64,000 nt of DNA from Octopus sinensis (taxonomy: Eukaryota). A model generated the notes under the pieces. The model searched no databases and was not told the origin of the DNA. It worked only from the letters and a program-made list of their open reading frames with translations. The stretch is from positions 117,366,001 to 117,430,000 of the forward strand of contig NC_043003.1 of the NCBI RefSeq assembly GCF_006345805.1, read 5' to 3'. Every line of letters begins with the position of its first letter. Position 1 is the first letter of the stretch. Shown here piece by piece: positions 1-14,830 of the stretch. Made by a program: the position numbers and the translations under genes.

Positions 1-60
1 GAACCCGGAACCATGTGGTTGGTTAGCAAGCTATTTACCACACAGCCACTCCTGCGCCTA
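1..60 (-). mobile_element. tRNA-derived SINE family A, 5' head (cut by window edge)
   Basis: Reverse complement reads TAGGCGCAGGAGTGGCTGTGTGGTAAATAGC...GGTTCCGGGTTC; near-identical to the head of the copy ending at 2000. Confidence 0.75.
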
Positions 61-288
61 TATCTTTGTGTTTTTAAACATAGTACGTCCATAAGAGATA
101 CTATCTTTGGACGAATTAAGCTGTTGATTTGCTTTTCACAACGTATCTGAATTACGTGTGACGCCGATTTCTATTTGAATTTAACAGTTTCTGCTGCATA
201 CAACAAATACATCGAAGTCCCACCAGAAGATTTTTGAGCACACTCCCACCCTCGAATTACAAAGACATAACAGCTTACTAATATACTT

Positions 289-346
<58 letters not shown>
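289..346. repeat. (GTA)n microsatellite at the tail of the adjacent SINE
   Basis: Direct inspection. Confidence 0.95.
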
Positions 347-598
347 AGTTCGTTCTCGTGTCATGCCGACTCATGAGGGCCGGTTTCCCGGTCTCCGTGG
401 TATATATATATTACCCACCTGGACGGAACACCGGTCTGACGTCAGGAATTACACATCTTAGCCAGGTGAGTGGACTGGATCGACGTGAAATGAAGTGGTT
501 TTCTCAAGATTACAACGCGTCGCCCGGTCCAGAGATCGAAACCACAATCTTACGATCAAGAGCGCAGCATCCCTAACCATTTAGCCAGGTACTTCCAC
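347..598 (-). mobile_element. tRNA-derived SINE family D, diverged
   Basis: Shares TGAGTGGACTGGA..CGTGAAATGAAGTG..CAAGA..ACAACGC..GCCCGGTCC with 54451-54822; B-box-like GGTTTCGATCTC on the minus strand. Confidence 0.65.
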
Positions 599-1092
599 TT
601 GTGATTGGAGAAAATCCATAACAAGTAACTCGTGTATATGTCGAAACCAACAACAACATAAAATGGATGATTTTACAGACAATCCAGAAGGATACTAAAA
701 AAAATACTAATTATATTTTATTTGTCCATTTAATTTTAATTATCATAAGACTTCTGCTTAATAAACTATAATTAAATAAAAGGCATAAAGAAACTATTGT
801 TTACTAAACCTATGTGTTAATGACTACAAAGGTAGAATTAAATAAAGCGAAAAAAAGATCATTACACAAGTACTAATTAAACAACAAACCAATTAAAATT
901 CAATTAACTCAAAGAAAAATCACGAACCTTAATTACACTAGCTAACTAACTAACACATGGTTTGCAATTACTTGCGAGATTAGAGCAGTGAATCTGTGAA
1001 ATGTTTCTAATTCCCGAAGAGATGAAAGCCAAAAATTCAAGATTAAAGAAATTAAAAGATTAAACAAACATTAATCTGGAACTAAACACGTA

Positions 1093-1462
1093 AGCGCAAG
1101 CATAGCCGTGTGGTAAACGGATTTGCCTCTCAACCATATGGTTCCAGGTTCAGTCCCGGTGTGTTGCACTTTGGGCAAAAGCCTCGGGTCGACCAAAAAC
1201 TCATTTGAGTGGATTTCGAAGAGAAAGTTGAAGATGCCCGCCGCATATAATGTGTCTGTTTTTGTCCCAACAGCAGTTGACAACCGGTGTTGCTGTGTTT
1301 ACGTCCCTGTAACTTAGCGGTTCGGTCAAAGGCTGTTAGAATAAGTATCAGGCTTTAAAAACTAAGAACTGAGATTGATTTGTTCGGCAAATGTTCTTCA
1401 AGGCGGGGCAGTGCTCCAGCTTGGCTGCAATCTAATGACTGAACACAGCAAAAGATGAAAGA
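1093..1462 (+). mobile_element. SINE family A, diverged
   Basis: Head GCATAGCCGTGTGGTAA...GGTTCAGTCCC, CTTTGGGCAA core, tail GTGCTCCAGC..GGCTGCA..AATGACTGAA. Confidence 0.7.
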
Positions 1463-1560
1463 CCAGTGAAATAAGAGAACTCAACAGCCCTCAACTGTTG
1501 CGTATTAAACCTGGACCTTAACCACTATCAAGACGAAAATAAAACAAAGGGATATCTCAT

Positions 1561-1773
1561 TACTCTTTTACTTGTTTCAGTCATTTGACTGCGGCCATGC
1601 TGGAGCACCGCCTTTAATCGAGCAACTCGACCCCGGGACTTATTCTTTTGTAAGCCCAGTACTTATTCTATCGGTCTCTTTTTGCCGAACCGCTAAGTGA
1701 CGGGGACATAAACACACCAGCATCGGTTGTCAAGCAATGCTAGGGGACAAACACAGACATACAAACACACACA

Positions 1774-1828
<55 letters not shown>

Positions 1829-2000
1829 GCATATGCGACGGGCTTCTTTCAGTTTCCGTCTACCAAATCCACTCACAAGGCTTTGGTCAGCCCGAGGCTA
1901 TAGTAGAAGACACTTGCCCAAGATGCCACACAGTGGGACTGAAGATGGAACCATGTGGTTGGTGGACAAGCTACTTACCACACAGCCACTCCTGCGCCTA
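1561..2000 (-). mobile_element. SINE family A, full length, with internal (CA)/(TA) microsatellite
   Basis: Pol III A/B-box-like head on the minus strand, CORE-like CTTGGGCAAGTGTCTT, (AAAGAGT)-type tail; homologous to 28436-28810 and 35082-35477. Confidence 0.85.
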
Positions 2001-2280
2001 TATTATAACGAAATATATAAAAACAAATAAAATTGCAAACAGCCGTAAAAAATCCCGTGATCGACCAGACTATTAGAGGTTGTTATACATCGCTGGTCAC
2101 ACTGTGCTTTGCATAGTTTTAGCTTTCGAATGATACCACCCCGCTGGCTATTTGAGCAGGTCGACATTCCTGTTGGTTGGAAGGCTGGTCGGTCACAGGG
2201 TTATCCGTTCACAGCTGGCTGTACTGAGGCAACAAGAAACGAAGTATTTGCTCAAGGACACAATGCACTGACAGTTTGAG

Positions 2281-2538
2281 AATCGAAACCGCGATCTTGG
2301 GTACAACATGCCTAACCACATGTGTTGCATGTAACTGCGTGAGACATCCCAATGAAGGCTCTTTATTCTAAAGAGCCGACTTCAAAAACTCCAAACCCGG
2401 CACTATATGGGAATCGAAACCGCGATCTTGGGTACAACACGCCTAACCACGTGTGTTGTATGTAACTGCGTGAGACATCCCAATGAAGGATCTTTATTCT
2501 AAAGAGCCGACTTCAAAAACTCCAAACCCGGCACTATA
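2281..2538. repeat. 131-bp tandem duplication (2 copies) covering a SINE head plus flank
   Basis: AATCGAAACCGCGATCTTGGGTACAAC...CCCGGCACTATA at 2281 and at 2412. Confidence 0.9.
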
Positions 2539-2813
2539 AGGACGACGGCAAGCAAGCATAAGGGGAGATAATTACACCCCCAAACCATCGTCAGATTTCC
2601 GCTACCAATGTAGCAAAACAATAAGCATTTATTATTGGTTAAAAATTATTTAATACTTTTGGAATCTCATATTAAATTGTAGGCTTTAAACAAAGCCATA
2701 ATTTTTAATAAATCATGATTAAGAACGCAACAATGAAAATTTTTAATTAATAACTTACAATGATAACCTTGCTTAACGACGTGTTCCATCAATTACTTCA
2801 CTCTATCTTTAAA

Positions 2814-3201
2814 CTAGCAGTATCTCCCGGCGTTGCTCGGATTTGTTTCGACCCTTTAGAATTGGAATTTTTGAAAAGTAAAACTTGTGAATTATGTAGC
2901 TTGTTATTTTCTTTAAGTGAACATTTTTTTGTAGTTGAAATACACCGAAAAATGGCGACACAGCAGTCAAAAAATCGTAAAAAATAGGGATTTTCATAGA
3001 CAAAACGCACCTTTTTGATGTAAATAATTTTTGGTGTTAAGATGGTCCGATTTGAATATTTTCTTCTTCGGAAGTAAGAGCAACCCTTCTTCTATCATAC
3101 TTTGGTCAACTTGCGCCGCAGGGTCTCGGAGGAGATAGTGTTAGTTGAAGGCTACCAAAACTGCCACATACACACAGACAAGTTCAGCTTTATCTATAAA
3201 G
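2814..3201 (-). mobile_element. Non-autonomous Helitron
   Basis: The minus-strand 3' end CCGAGCAACGCCGGGAGATACTGCTAG (hairpin plus CTAG) is shared with 40423-40819 and 60985-61498. Confidence 0.65.
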
Positions 3202-3501
3202 GTAAGTCAACTTGTGTAATGCTGTTTTGTTCGATTACCTGACTGGAAAAAATTTTACCCTGTTCGAATCGGAATACGCTTCGATGCGAATGATACGGCA
3301 GCAAGCTGAGAATTAAAACGGTCGCTTTTCGCATCTTTTATTTGTATCAGTTATTGACTGCGGCCATGCTGGGGCGCCACCTTGAAGGGCTGGTCATAAA
3401 AATCGATCCCAGCACGTTTCTGTTTTTTTTATTTATTCATGTTTGGTGATATTCTATCTGTCACTTGTGCTGAACCGCTAAGTTACGAGGATCTAAACAA
3501 A

Positions 3502-3534
<33 letters not shown>

Positions 3535-3550
3535 ACACACACACACACAC

Positions 3551-4399
3551 CAGTTTGTCGAATCACCCTTACATGCAGTGAAGGTGTATGGATGGCTATC
3601 AGCAAGCGAAGAATAGTAGGACCGATGTTTTTTTTTTACCAAGAAACCTTGAATTCGGAACGTTATTGTGAGATAATTGATCAGTTTGTTGAGCAGCCAA
3701 CTGAGAATGGAACGAGCAACGCTTGGCTTCAATAGGACTCAGCAACATGTCATGTTAGCAACCACACTTTGTTTCACTTACGACAAACTTTTGAACAGAG
3801 GTTGATCACGAATGGTCTCTGGCCATCCAGATCGCCATACTTAACGTCTCTCGATTTCTTTTTATTCGGCTATATCAAGGACGCTGTGTTTGCAAAGAAT
3901 ATGCATACACTTGATGAACTGTGTACGGATATTATTGATATTGTCCAAAATATCCCACGTGAAGTTTTGGTTAATGTGTTCCAGAACAAACGTTGTCGTG
4001 TTGACTTATGTCTACAACAGTGCTTTTCAAACTTTTTGCTGGAGCGGAACCCCAAGGAAACATTCCACTGGCTCGAGGAACCCCTGTGCAATAATTTAAT
4101 AGTCTTATGCACACATATCTGCACAGGAGAATTAAAAATTACTGTCGATTTTAGCAGTTTTGTAACTTCTTGCGGAACCCCTGGACTGTACTGGTGGAAC
4201 CCTAAGGTTCCGCGGAACCCTGGTTTAAAACCACTGGTCTACAACATGGCGACCAACAATTTCAACACCTTTTGTAACCAGTTTGACGTTGTAACTTTTA
4301 AATGAGCATTTTAATAAAAGTAGGTTTATCCATAATATTGCACATTCTTTATAACTATTAATAAATATAATTGAGTTAACTTTTAAATTGAACACCCTG
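3551..4399 (+). pseudogene. Tc1/mariner-superfamily (DUF4817-type) transposase 3' remnant with right TIR, interrupted by a MITE
   Basis: Motifs VWMAISKRRIVGPMFF, WPSRSPYLTSLDFFLFGYIKDAVF; removing the MITE restores VDLCLQHGDQQFQHLL*; ends AACACCCTG|TA. Confidence 0.85.
4018..4236. mobile_element. hAT (Charlie-like) MITE
   Basis: TIRs CAGTGCTTTTCAAAC / GTTTAAAACCACTG; exact 8-bp TSD GTCTACAA at 4010-4017 and 4237-4244. Confidence 0.9.
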
Positions 4400-4479
4400 T
4401 ATAAGAATAAGGTTAAACTAGAAGCACACAAAAAAAACAAGCTCTTATAAGGTCAATTTTTGAAGGCAGTGGATGAAGT

Positions 4480-5150
4480 AAAAGGAGATAATTGTTGGGA
4501 TTGGTTTAAAAAGGGAATTTTGAGAAAAGAAACTGAGAATTCCATTGTGTTTGGTGAAGACTATTCTATTACCATAAACGCCAAAAGTAGAGACATGTCT
4601 GGAGAAGCGACGTCATCCTTGTGGTGATTATAATGTATCTATGGTGAGATGGTGGCCCATTTTGTGTCTGAATACCCGAGACCTGCACACAGAGGGAAGA
4701 CTAAAAAATGGTGATAGGATCAAGTTACTAGAGGCATACATTGGAAGCTTTGACAGAAGTGGAGCAGAGGAAGACGTGGTATAAACAACCTGAGTGAATA
4801 TTTGAATCAGGGAATTGTAGAATCTTTTACAAATAGAGAATACAGCAAACCTGACATCATGGTTGTTGATAAAATTCATAAGACATGTCTCTTTATTAAT
4901 CCATCATGTCCGTTTGACAAACGAATGGAAAGAAAAGCAGAAACGTTCACAAATTACAAGTATGGAATCCTCAGAATGTGGAAAATGAAGAAGGTTGATG
5001 TCATACCAGTAACCGTAGAAGCATTAGGGAGAATGAAGGATAAAATGGATAGAGAAGATTAAAGTAGATTAGTGGTAGATGTTAGGAAGGTTGTAAAGAG
5101 CTTGCGGGTTGGGAACAGCTGGATTATCATGAAGAGTAGTCGAAGATTAG
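4480..5150 (+). pseudogene. Decayed RLE-type non-LTR retrotransposon 3' fragment (restriction-like endonuclease domain)
   Basis: KPDIMVVDK...FINPSCPFD...RMWKMKKVDVIPVTVEALG resembles the PD-(D/E)xK C-terminus of R4/Dong-like LINEs. Confidence 0.7.
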
Positions 5151-5272
5151 ATTCACTAAAAGGAATGGAAAAGACAAGGAGCAAAAGCGCTTGACACGAA
5201 AGGTTACTGGTTTTGGTTTGTTAAAGAAGCAGAAAAATCATCAATGATTTTATTTTAGAGATGTTCAGTTAC

Positions 5273-5654
5273 AGTGATAGTATGTTATCAACTTATTGTG
5301 ACAGTCCCCTGAAATGGAAGAATGCTACTGTTATTTAGCCCTAGGAAACACCGTTTTCTGTTGGACTTGACACATTTCCTGTGTTCTTATGCTTTCAAAG
5401 TGGAGATAAGCACCTCCGACCAGCAAAGCCAGCATCCAGAGACTAGTTTGCTCATCATTGCTCATCATCAGTCTGGAGTAGCATGGCTTGCTAGCTGTCG
5501 ATGCCTATCCGCCTTTGAAAATATATTTCAAGTGAAATATATTCACTGATTTTTGAAAATAGAAATAATATCTGGGACTGTCACATTAAGTTGACAACAT
5601 ACTATCACTCTATCGTGCTTCTACTGCATAAATCTGTCTGAGAGTTTTAGAAAT
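5273..5654. mobile_element. Unclassified element with ~36-bp inverted arms (same family as 62120-62434 and 46779-46950)
   Basis: AGTGATAGTATGTTATCAACTTATTGTGACAGTCCC vs GGGACTGTCACATTAAGTTGACAACATACTATCACT. Confidence 0.6.
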
Positions 5655-6229
5655 GTATTCTTTCTATGCTCAGTTACATTACAACTCGTCGTTTGTGTTG
5701 CCTTCTACGTAAACGGCAAGAGTTGGTGTTTCTTCTTCCTAAAACGAAACAGCAAACCTCATTCTTTTATCTTTTCTCTTTATCACTGTGAATACCAAAC
5801 TATTTCCTCCAGTGTTATATCTTCCTCAGAACCAAATATATACAAGAATACAAAAGACCAAAAATGTAGAAATCCGGAAACCCTGATTTATATGAAAATA
5901 AGTTACCGTTATCTATACGAACAAACAGTTTGCTTCCGATATTGAAATAATGTGTAATGAATGTCATTAAAATTTCTGTTTTAATTAGAAATCAATCAAC
6001 TTAACTATTGACAAGGATTGCGATAAATACATTCCAGCGATGGTTCATTCGTATTGCTTGAGAAGGTTCTAGAAATTAATTAAAAATACAGAAATATATT
6101 TTTTCGAATCAATCGCTGTTCGGTAGAGACTTGACGCATTTCCTTCTTTTTCCCCTTCTTTTCTTCTTTCCCGTTCGTTTATTGTTGGGGGTTTTTTTCT
6201 GGGTTTTTATTTTCTCTCCTCTTTTTCGT

Positions 6230-7379
6230 ATCATCATGGTTATCATCATCTTTATCGTTATCATCACCGCCGTCAACAACCTTATTAGCATCATTGCCAT
6301 TAACATAGTTATTGCCCTCACCGCCATCATCAACATCAATTCACCGTTATCAATATTATCATCATCATCATCATCATCACCATAATCATCATCATCATCA
6401 TCACCATCATCATCATCACCGCCATCATCATCACCATCATCATCATCACCACCATCATCATCATCGCCACAATCATCATCGCCACCACCACCACCATCAC
6501 CATCATCATTATCATCATCATCACCATAATCATCATCATCATCACCATAATAATCATCATCATCATCATCATCATCACCATCATCGTTATCACCACCATC
6601 GTCATCATCGCCACTATGACCATCGCCACCACCACCATCACCACCATCACCACCATCATCATCATCATCATCATCATCATTACCAATGTCATGTTTACCC
6701 TCACCACCCCACCAACATCAACCCCACCACCACCACCACCATCATCATCATCGTTATTATCCTCACTATTGTAATTATCGCCAAACTCCACACGCATAAT
6801 ATCATCACGTCCATCTCGACATGAACTTTGTCCTTATTACCACTTCAATTACAAGCATCATCATCATCATCATCTACAACAGCAGCAGCAACAACAACAA
6901 CAACAGCAACAACAGTGAAAGTTCCTCTCACATTTGCGACACGCTTGTCTCTCTTCCAGCTCAACCTTCACCACCACCACCACCACACCCACCACCACCA
7001 CCACCACCACCACCACCACCACCAACCACCACCACCACCACCACACCACCACCACCACCCACCACCACCACCACCAACCACCACCACCACCACCACCACA
7101 CTACCACCACCACCACCACCACCACCACCACCACCACCACCACCACCACCACCACTACCACCACCACCACCACCACCACCACTACCACTATCACCAATCT
7201 CATCACCACCACTACCACCACCACTACCACCACCACCACTACCATCACCACCACCACTACCACCACCACTACCACCACCACTACCACTACGACCATCAAC
7301 AGTTGTATTAGTATTAGACGTAGTAGTCATTTTGCCATTACCATTGTTAATGTTATGGCTATCAGCAGCAGCACCATAT

Positions 7380-7410
<31 letters not shown>

Positions 7411-7576
7411 ATATCATTATTATTATTATTACTGCACTACCAATATCAATATCGTCATCAAAATCGACGTCATCACCATCATCACAATCATCATCATCAT
7501 CTTCATCATCATCACCACCACCATCACCACCACCATCATCGCCATCACCATTGTCATCATCGCCATCACCATTGTC

Positions 7577-7607
<31 letters not shown>

Positions 7608-7680
7608 TATCATCATCATCATCATCATCATCATTCTCATCATCATCATCGCCATCATCATCATCGCCATCATCATCAAC
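6230..7680. repeat. Compound (CAT)n/(CAC)n/(CAA)n trinucleotide low-complexity tract
   Basis: Direct inspection; explains the poly-H/T/P/M/V ORFs. Confidence 0.95.
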
Positions 7681-8268
7681 CTCGCAAGCGCCTAGCTACA
7701 ATGTGTCCAGCGACGACAAATATATATTCATTGATTTTTCTTTCTTTTTTATTTTATTGCTTCTAATTTTTCCAAAAATTAGCATTTAAATGAAATTCAG
7801 AAATATAACGAAAGAAAATATTAAAAGAACAAAACAAAAGAAAAACACAAATCAAGAAGGAAATCTAAGAAATACAATAAAATAATTAAAGCAGGAAGAA
7901 ACGAGAAAAAGAAGGAGGAAGGAAAAGACGGGTGGGCCAGGGTGGATGGGTGTTGAGTGAAAGTTAAAGATGGAAGGAAACTGTTTTGCAATTATCATGA
8001 GTTAAAGTGAACAACGTAGCAACAGATTGGAATTGAAGAATTCGGAATAGAGAAGAAGAAGAAGAAATGGATAAAATTCCACAGAAACTCTTGGATTTTA
8101 CTTGAAGAAAAATGGTGAATTGGTAGAGATGGAGAGAAAGAACTGTTCTCTGTTTAGGAGGCGCTGCGAACTGGTTCGCTGTGTGTACGCCTAGCTGTCT
8201 ACAGCAAGAAACTTCATTACAAATATAAGTGAATGGCGTTATTACGGGTTCGAAAATGCTTGAAGCAT

Positions 8269-8355
8269 AATACAGTTTTATATTTAAGAGATAAGGAATT
8301 ATGTACATTATTTACATTTGACGGATATTTGTCCTCATCTTGTTTGTTGTTAACA
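8269..8355 (-). mobile_element. 3' part of the HHR-bearing SINE-like element (family of 24721-25028)
   Basis: Reverse complement TGTTAACAACAAACAAGATGAGGACAAATATCCGTCAAATGTAAATAA...AACTGTATT matches 10166-10215 and 24933-25028. Confidence 0.85.
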
Positions 8356-8807
8356 TACATACATACATGCATACATGCATACATACATACATACATACAT
8401 ACATACATACATACATACATACATACATACATACATACATACATACATACATACATACATACATACATACATACATACATACATACATACATAACATACA
8501 TACATGCATACATACATACATACAACATACATACATACATACAACATACATACATACATACATACATACATGCATACATACATACATACATACATACATA
8601 CATACTACATACATACATACATACATACATACATACATACATGCATACATACATACATACATACATACATACATACATACATACATACATACATACATAC
8701 ATACATACATACATACATACATACATACATACATACATACATACATACATACATACATACATACATACATACATACATACATACATACATACATACATAC
8801 ATACATA
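8356..8807. repeat. (TACA)n microsatellite
   Basis: Direct inspection. Confidence 0.97.
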
Positions 8808-9987
8808 CAAAACCACCACAATCGGACTGGCCAAATACATTGAAGCAGCCAACGATTGGTTGCTAAAACTTGTTGAAAAACATGAAAGACCGAAAAAACT
8901 TCACTCTATTCTCAAAGAGAGCAAAAAATTCGCTACTGATATCTTAGATACCTACCAGATTGATCAGGATGAAGAAAATACGCCAACTGCTGCTGCAAAG
9001 GAAATAAAATTAATTGCAAAGACAAAAGCACATGAAAAATTAGCTAGCAGATGGAAACAGAAACCTCTCCATGGCAAGTATGTGGCTTTAGCAAAAAAGC
9101 TGATGTCGACCAAAAACGCTCCAATGGTTACGAAGCTCAGGGCTAAAAGCAGAGAGTGAAGGTTTCATATTAGCTGCTCAAGACCAAAGCTTATTAACCC
9201 GGAACTACCAAGCCAATGTGATAAAAAATGGAGCTGACCCAAAATGCCGATTCTGCAACGATGAGATTGAAACTATAGACCACCTAATCTCAGGGTATAG
9301 AGTCTTAGCACCTGTAGAATATAAAGCAAGATATGACAGAGTCGGCCAGTATTTACACTGGGCAATATGTCGGCATTATAAAATCAAAACCGTTGACAAA
9401 TGGTATAAACACCATCCTGAAGCTGTGACTGAGGGAGAAAATGTGTCGATTCTATGGGACTTCCCCGTACGTACCGACAAAAATATAAAAGCTAATAAAC
9501 CGGATATTATTATAAAAGATCAGACAAAAAGGATGTTTATTAATTGACATGAGTATTCCTTGCGATCACAATATAGCGGCGAAAGAATTTGACAAGATCA
9601 GTAAATATAAAGACTTGCTAATAGAAATTGAAAAAATGTGGCGTCTCAAGGCGACTACAGTACCAGTGATTGTAGCATCTCTAGGAATAATAAAAAAAAA
9701 AGGTACTGAAACCTATTTGAAAATGATACCAGGCTTACCATCCCTACAGGAAGTGCAAAACATCATGTTAACTGGAACGGCTCATGTACTGAGAAGTGCA
9801 GAAGAGCATTATTGCTGTGAAAACAACATCCATTCATGAATTTATTTATTTATTAATTTATTGAATACATATTTTACCTCTGAATTAGCGTGTGTAATCT
9901 GGGAATGCATACAATGCCCTTCTCTGCCCTAGGTGTACGGAAAACACTCGGCGAGAAACGGAAGAAAATTTGAAGAAAGAAGGAAAA
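8808..9987 (+). pseudogene. 5'-truncated RLE-type (R4/Dong-like) LINE, frameshifted; CCHC knuckle plus endonuclease
   Basis: KPLHGKY, EGFILAAQDQSLLTRNY, CRFCNDEIETIDHLISG, ILWDFPVRTD, KPDIIIKD, IDMSIP..KISKYKDLLIEIEKMW; followed by (AAT)n. Confidence 0.9.
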
Positions 9988-10026
9988 ATAATAATAACAA
10001 CAACAACAATAATAATAATAATAATA

Positions 10027-10077
<51 letters not shown>

Positions 10078-10079
<2 letters not shown>

Positions 10080-10233
10080 TCGAAAAATACCTTAGGAATA
10101 AGAACCCAGGTTCGAAATTTCCCCAAGACACCTGATGAAGGCTGGAGGGTATATCAGCCGAAACGTGTTAACAACAAACAAGATGAGGACAAATATCCGT
10201 CAAATGTAAATAAGGTAAATAAGGTAAATAATG
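10078..10233 (+). mobile_element. Headless copy of the HHR-bearing SINE-like element
   Basis: High identity to 24841-24995. Confidence 0.85.
10127..10169 (+). ncRNA. Minimal hammerhead ribozyme motif lacking the cleavage triplet (probably inactive)
   Basis: GACAC CTGATGA A GGCTG-loop-CAGCC GAAAC GTGTT; 3 nt shorter than the 24891 copy. Confidence 0.65.
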
Positions 10234-10355
10234 TGCTTGAAGTATATTTGAACTGGTAAAATATTCCTTTATATTTGGTTATGTCCCTTTGTGGCCCTAA
10301 TTCGAGTCGCCCCACGTTAACTTTGTAGCAATGAAGTACGTAAGTCGATATAATA

Positions 10356-11024
10356 CAGGGTGTTCTAAAAGTCTATGTCACATTCTAAGAACACGAAGTG
10401 CAAATGGTAGTATGATTGAACTGGTACCATTTAAAAATAAAAACTGTCAAGCTTTCTTCTCTCAATTTTAATTTAATTACTTGAATTTAATTTAATTTTA
10501 GATTTTGTCTCTTTTCAGATCCACTGATGTTATTCACAAAACAAGAGATGTCATTTGGCCTCCTAGAATACGCTAAAACTAAATTATAGACACGTGTTCA
10601 ACGCAAGTTTTGTGCAACGTATACGAAGCAGGCACCAGAGAGACATTCCATTTTGAAGTGGCAAGCAAATTTAAGAAGGAGGACTATTCGTGCCCGCAAA
10701 ATGAATAGGATGCCTGCTAACTTCAGATAATACGGCTGAACAAGTTCAGCAAGCCTTCCAGCCCAGCCCCAAGAAATCAGTCAGAATAACCAGTCGAGAA
10801 CTCCAGCTCCCATCAATAACAGTTTGATGCACCGTAAGGAAACGGATGCAGTTCACACCATACAAGCTGTAATTGGTTCAACAGTTGAAGGACACTGATA
10901 AACCTATTCGCCATGAATTTTGCACAGGGGATTCCTGTTCTCTTTGCCGGGCACAAACACCCCTCCTCCTAAAATTTTGCATGCCAATTCAAAATGGAAC
11001 GTCATAGACTTTTGAAACACTTTC
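10356..11024 (+). mobile_element. Internally deleted Tc1/mariner-superfamily (DUF4817-type) element
   Basis: TA|CAGGGTGTTCTAAAAGTCTATG ... CATAGACTTTTGAAACACTTTC|TA TIRs; decayed N-terminus (RVQRKF, SPKKSVRITSRELQLP, FTPYKL*LVQQL). Confidence 0.8.
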
Positions 11025-11574
11025 TATAATATTAGACTTTACACTTATTGGTGGTAACCATACACCCACGCAGAAAAGCCAGTTAAATCTATGTAACTAG
11101 GAAAAGGATAAATTAATCTGATTCCCTTCAATGATTAGGTGTTTTATCGAACATAGCCCTAAATTTAAACGTTGGTCATGGTTGACGTTAGGTGTTGGTC
11201 AATGTCGACTTATGTGGGAAAATAAGATCTCTTCACATATCTCTAAATTTCCAAAGAGCGAAAGTATTACAATCTGCTTATCTTTTAATATTTTACCTTT
11301 TACTTTTTAATTATTTCACTCCCTGGGGGTGAGACCAGGCTGGAGCACCAACATCATGGATTTAGTCAAAGAAATCGACACCAGTATTTTTATACTTATT
11401 CTATCAGTTTCTTTTGGAAGACTGTAAGCTATGGGGACGTAGACACACCAACACCGTTTGTCAAACTATGACGGAAACAAACAAACACACAAACACGATG
11501 AATAAATTCATCGTAAGTTTTCTTATATATATTTTGTTGTGCTTGAATAGTTAATAATTACTTTTCTTTGAGAC

Positions 11575-11917
11575 ACTTCTTCACTACCTCCACACTCACC
11601 AAATTTAGTGCCTTCAGACTATCATCTCTTCGGCGTCACGAAAGAGGGTTTGAGAGGCAAACATTATTCCAATGACAAGGAAGTGAAAACTATAGTGAAG
11701 AAGAGTCTCAAAGAACAGTCAACAGAATTTTACGGAGCAGGGATACATGCTCTCATTCGAAGGTGGGACATTGCTATTGAGAGAAACGGTGACTATGTTG
11801 AGAAGTAGGGATGTGATCCACAGAGGACCAGCTACATTTTGATGTATGATACATGTTTCTGTGTTGGTAATTATACCTGTCCTAAACAAAATGGCATTAC
11901 TTTTTGACTCACCCTCG
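11575..11917 (+). pseudogene. mariner transposase 3' fragment plus right TIR
   Basis: SPNLVPSDYHLF...RRWDIAIERNGDYVEK*; ends GGCATTACTTTTTGACTCACCCTCG|TA. Confidence 0.85.
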
Positions 11918-11926
11918 TATGTATGC

Positions 11927-11993
<67 letters not shown>

Positions 11994-12087
11994 GTAAAAA
12001 GTATATACAAACTGGGACAAGAACGTGAAACACCTAGAAGACATCACAAGAACCACAGGACGGGACATTCGAAGCCCTCAGTCATCA

Positions 12088-14150
<2,063 letters not shown>

Positions 14151-14465
14151 CATATATTATTTTATTATATTGCACTATATTATATTTTTCTTCATTTGTA
14201 ATTAAATGTGATTCGATCATGAATATATTCGCGTAATAATTATCAGTAGAACTTCGTAAATTGGAAGTTAACAAAATGAAGTTCTCTTCTACAAAAGAAA
14301 TTGTAGTTATTATTAGAAGAAGGCCTATAATACGCAAGACGGGAAGGGCACTGAATATAAATGAATTACAATGATTTAATTTCTACGTTCTGCGTCTCCA
14401 GTTCAATCTCCACCGGAGTCACGAGTTGCTTTTCATTTTTCTTTCTTTAATATGATGCGACTGAG

Positions 14466-14830
14466 AGGCGGTGAGCTGTCTGAAACGTTAGCTCGCCGGG
14501 CGAAATGCTTAGCAGTATTTCGTCCGTCTTTACGTTCTGAGTTCAAATTTTCCCGAGGTCGACTCTGCCTTTCAGCCTTTCGAGGTCGATAAATTAAGTA
14601 CCAGTTGCGTACTGGAGTCGATCTAATCGACTGCCCCCGCCTCCCCCCAAATTTCGAGCCTTGTGCCTAGAGAAGAAAAGAATATGAAACGATTGAGGCG
14701 GCGAACTGGTGGAATCGTTACCACGCGAGGTATAATGCTTAGTGGTATTTCTCCTGGCCCTTTCCGTTCTGAGTTCAAATGCTACCGAGGTTGAGTTCAT
14801 CATTTAAGGACCGATAAAACAAGTACCAGT
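14466..14830 (+). mobile_element. Two tandem SINE family C (Meta-domain-like) copies
   Basis: GGCGGTGAGCTG..GAAACGTTAGC...GAGTTCAAAT...GCCTTTCA.CCTTTCGAGGTCGATAAATTAAGTACCAG. Confidence 0.8.

Noticed and set aside
6109-7789. Long poly-His/Thr/Pro/Met ORFs
   Set aside because: They are open in several frames on both strands only because CAT/CAC repeats lack stops; there is no domain or splice evidence.
8233-9159. 308-aa ORF
   Set aside because: It is a chimera of a (TACA)n tract and a LINE fragment.
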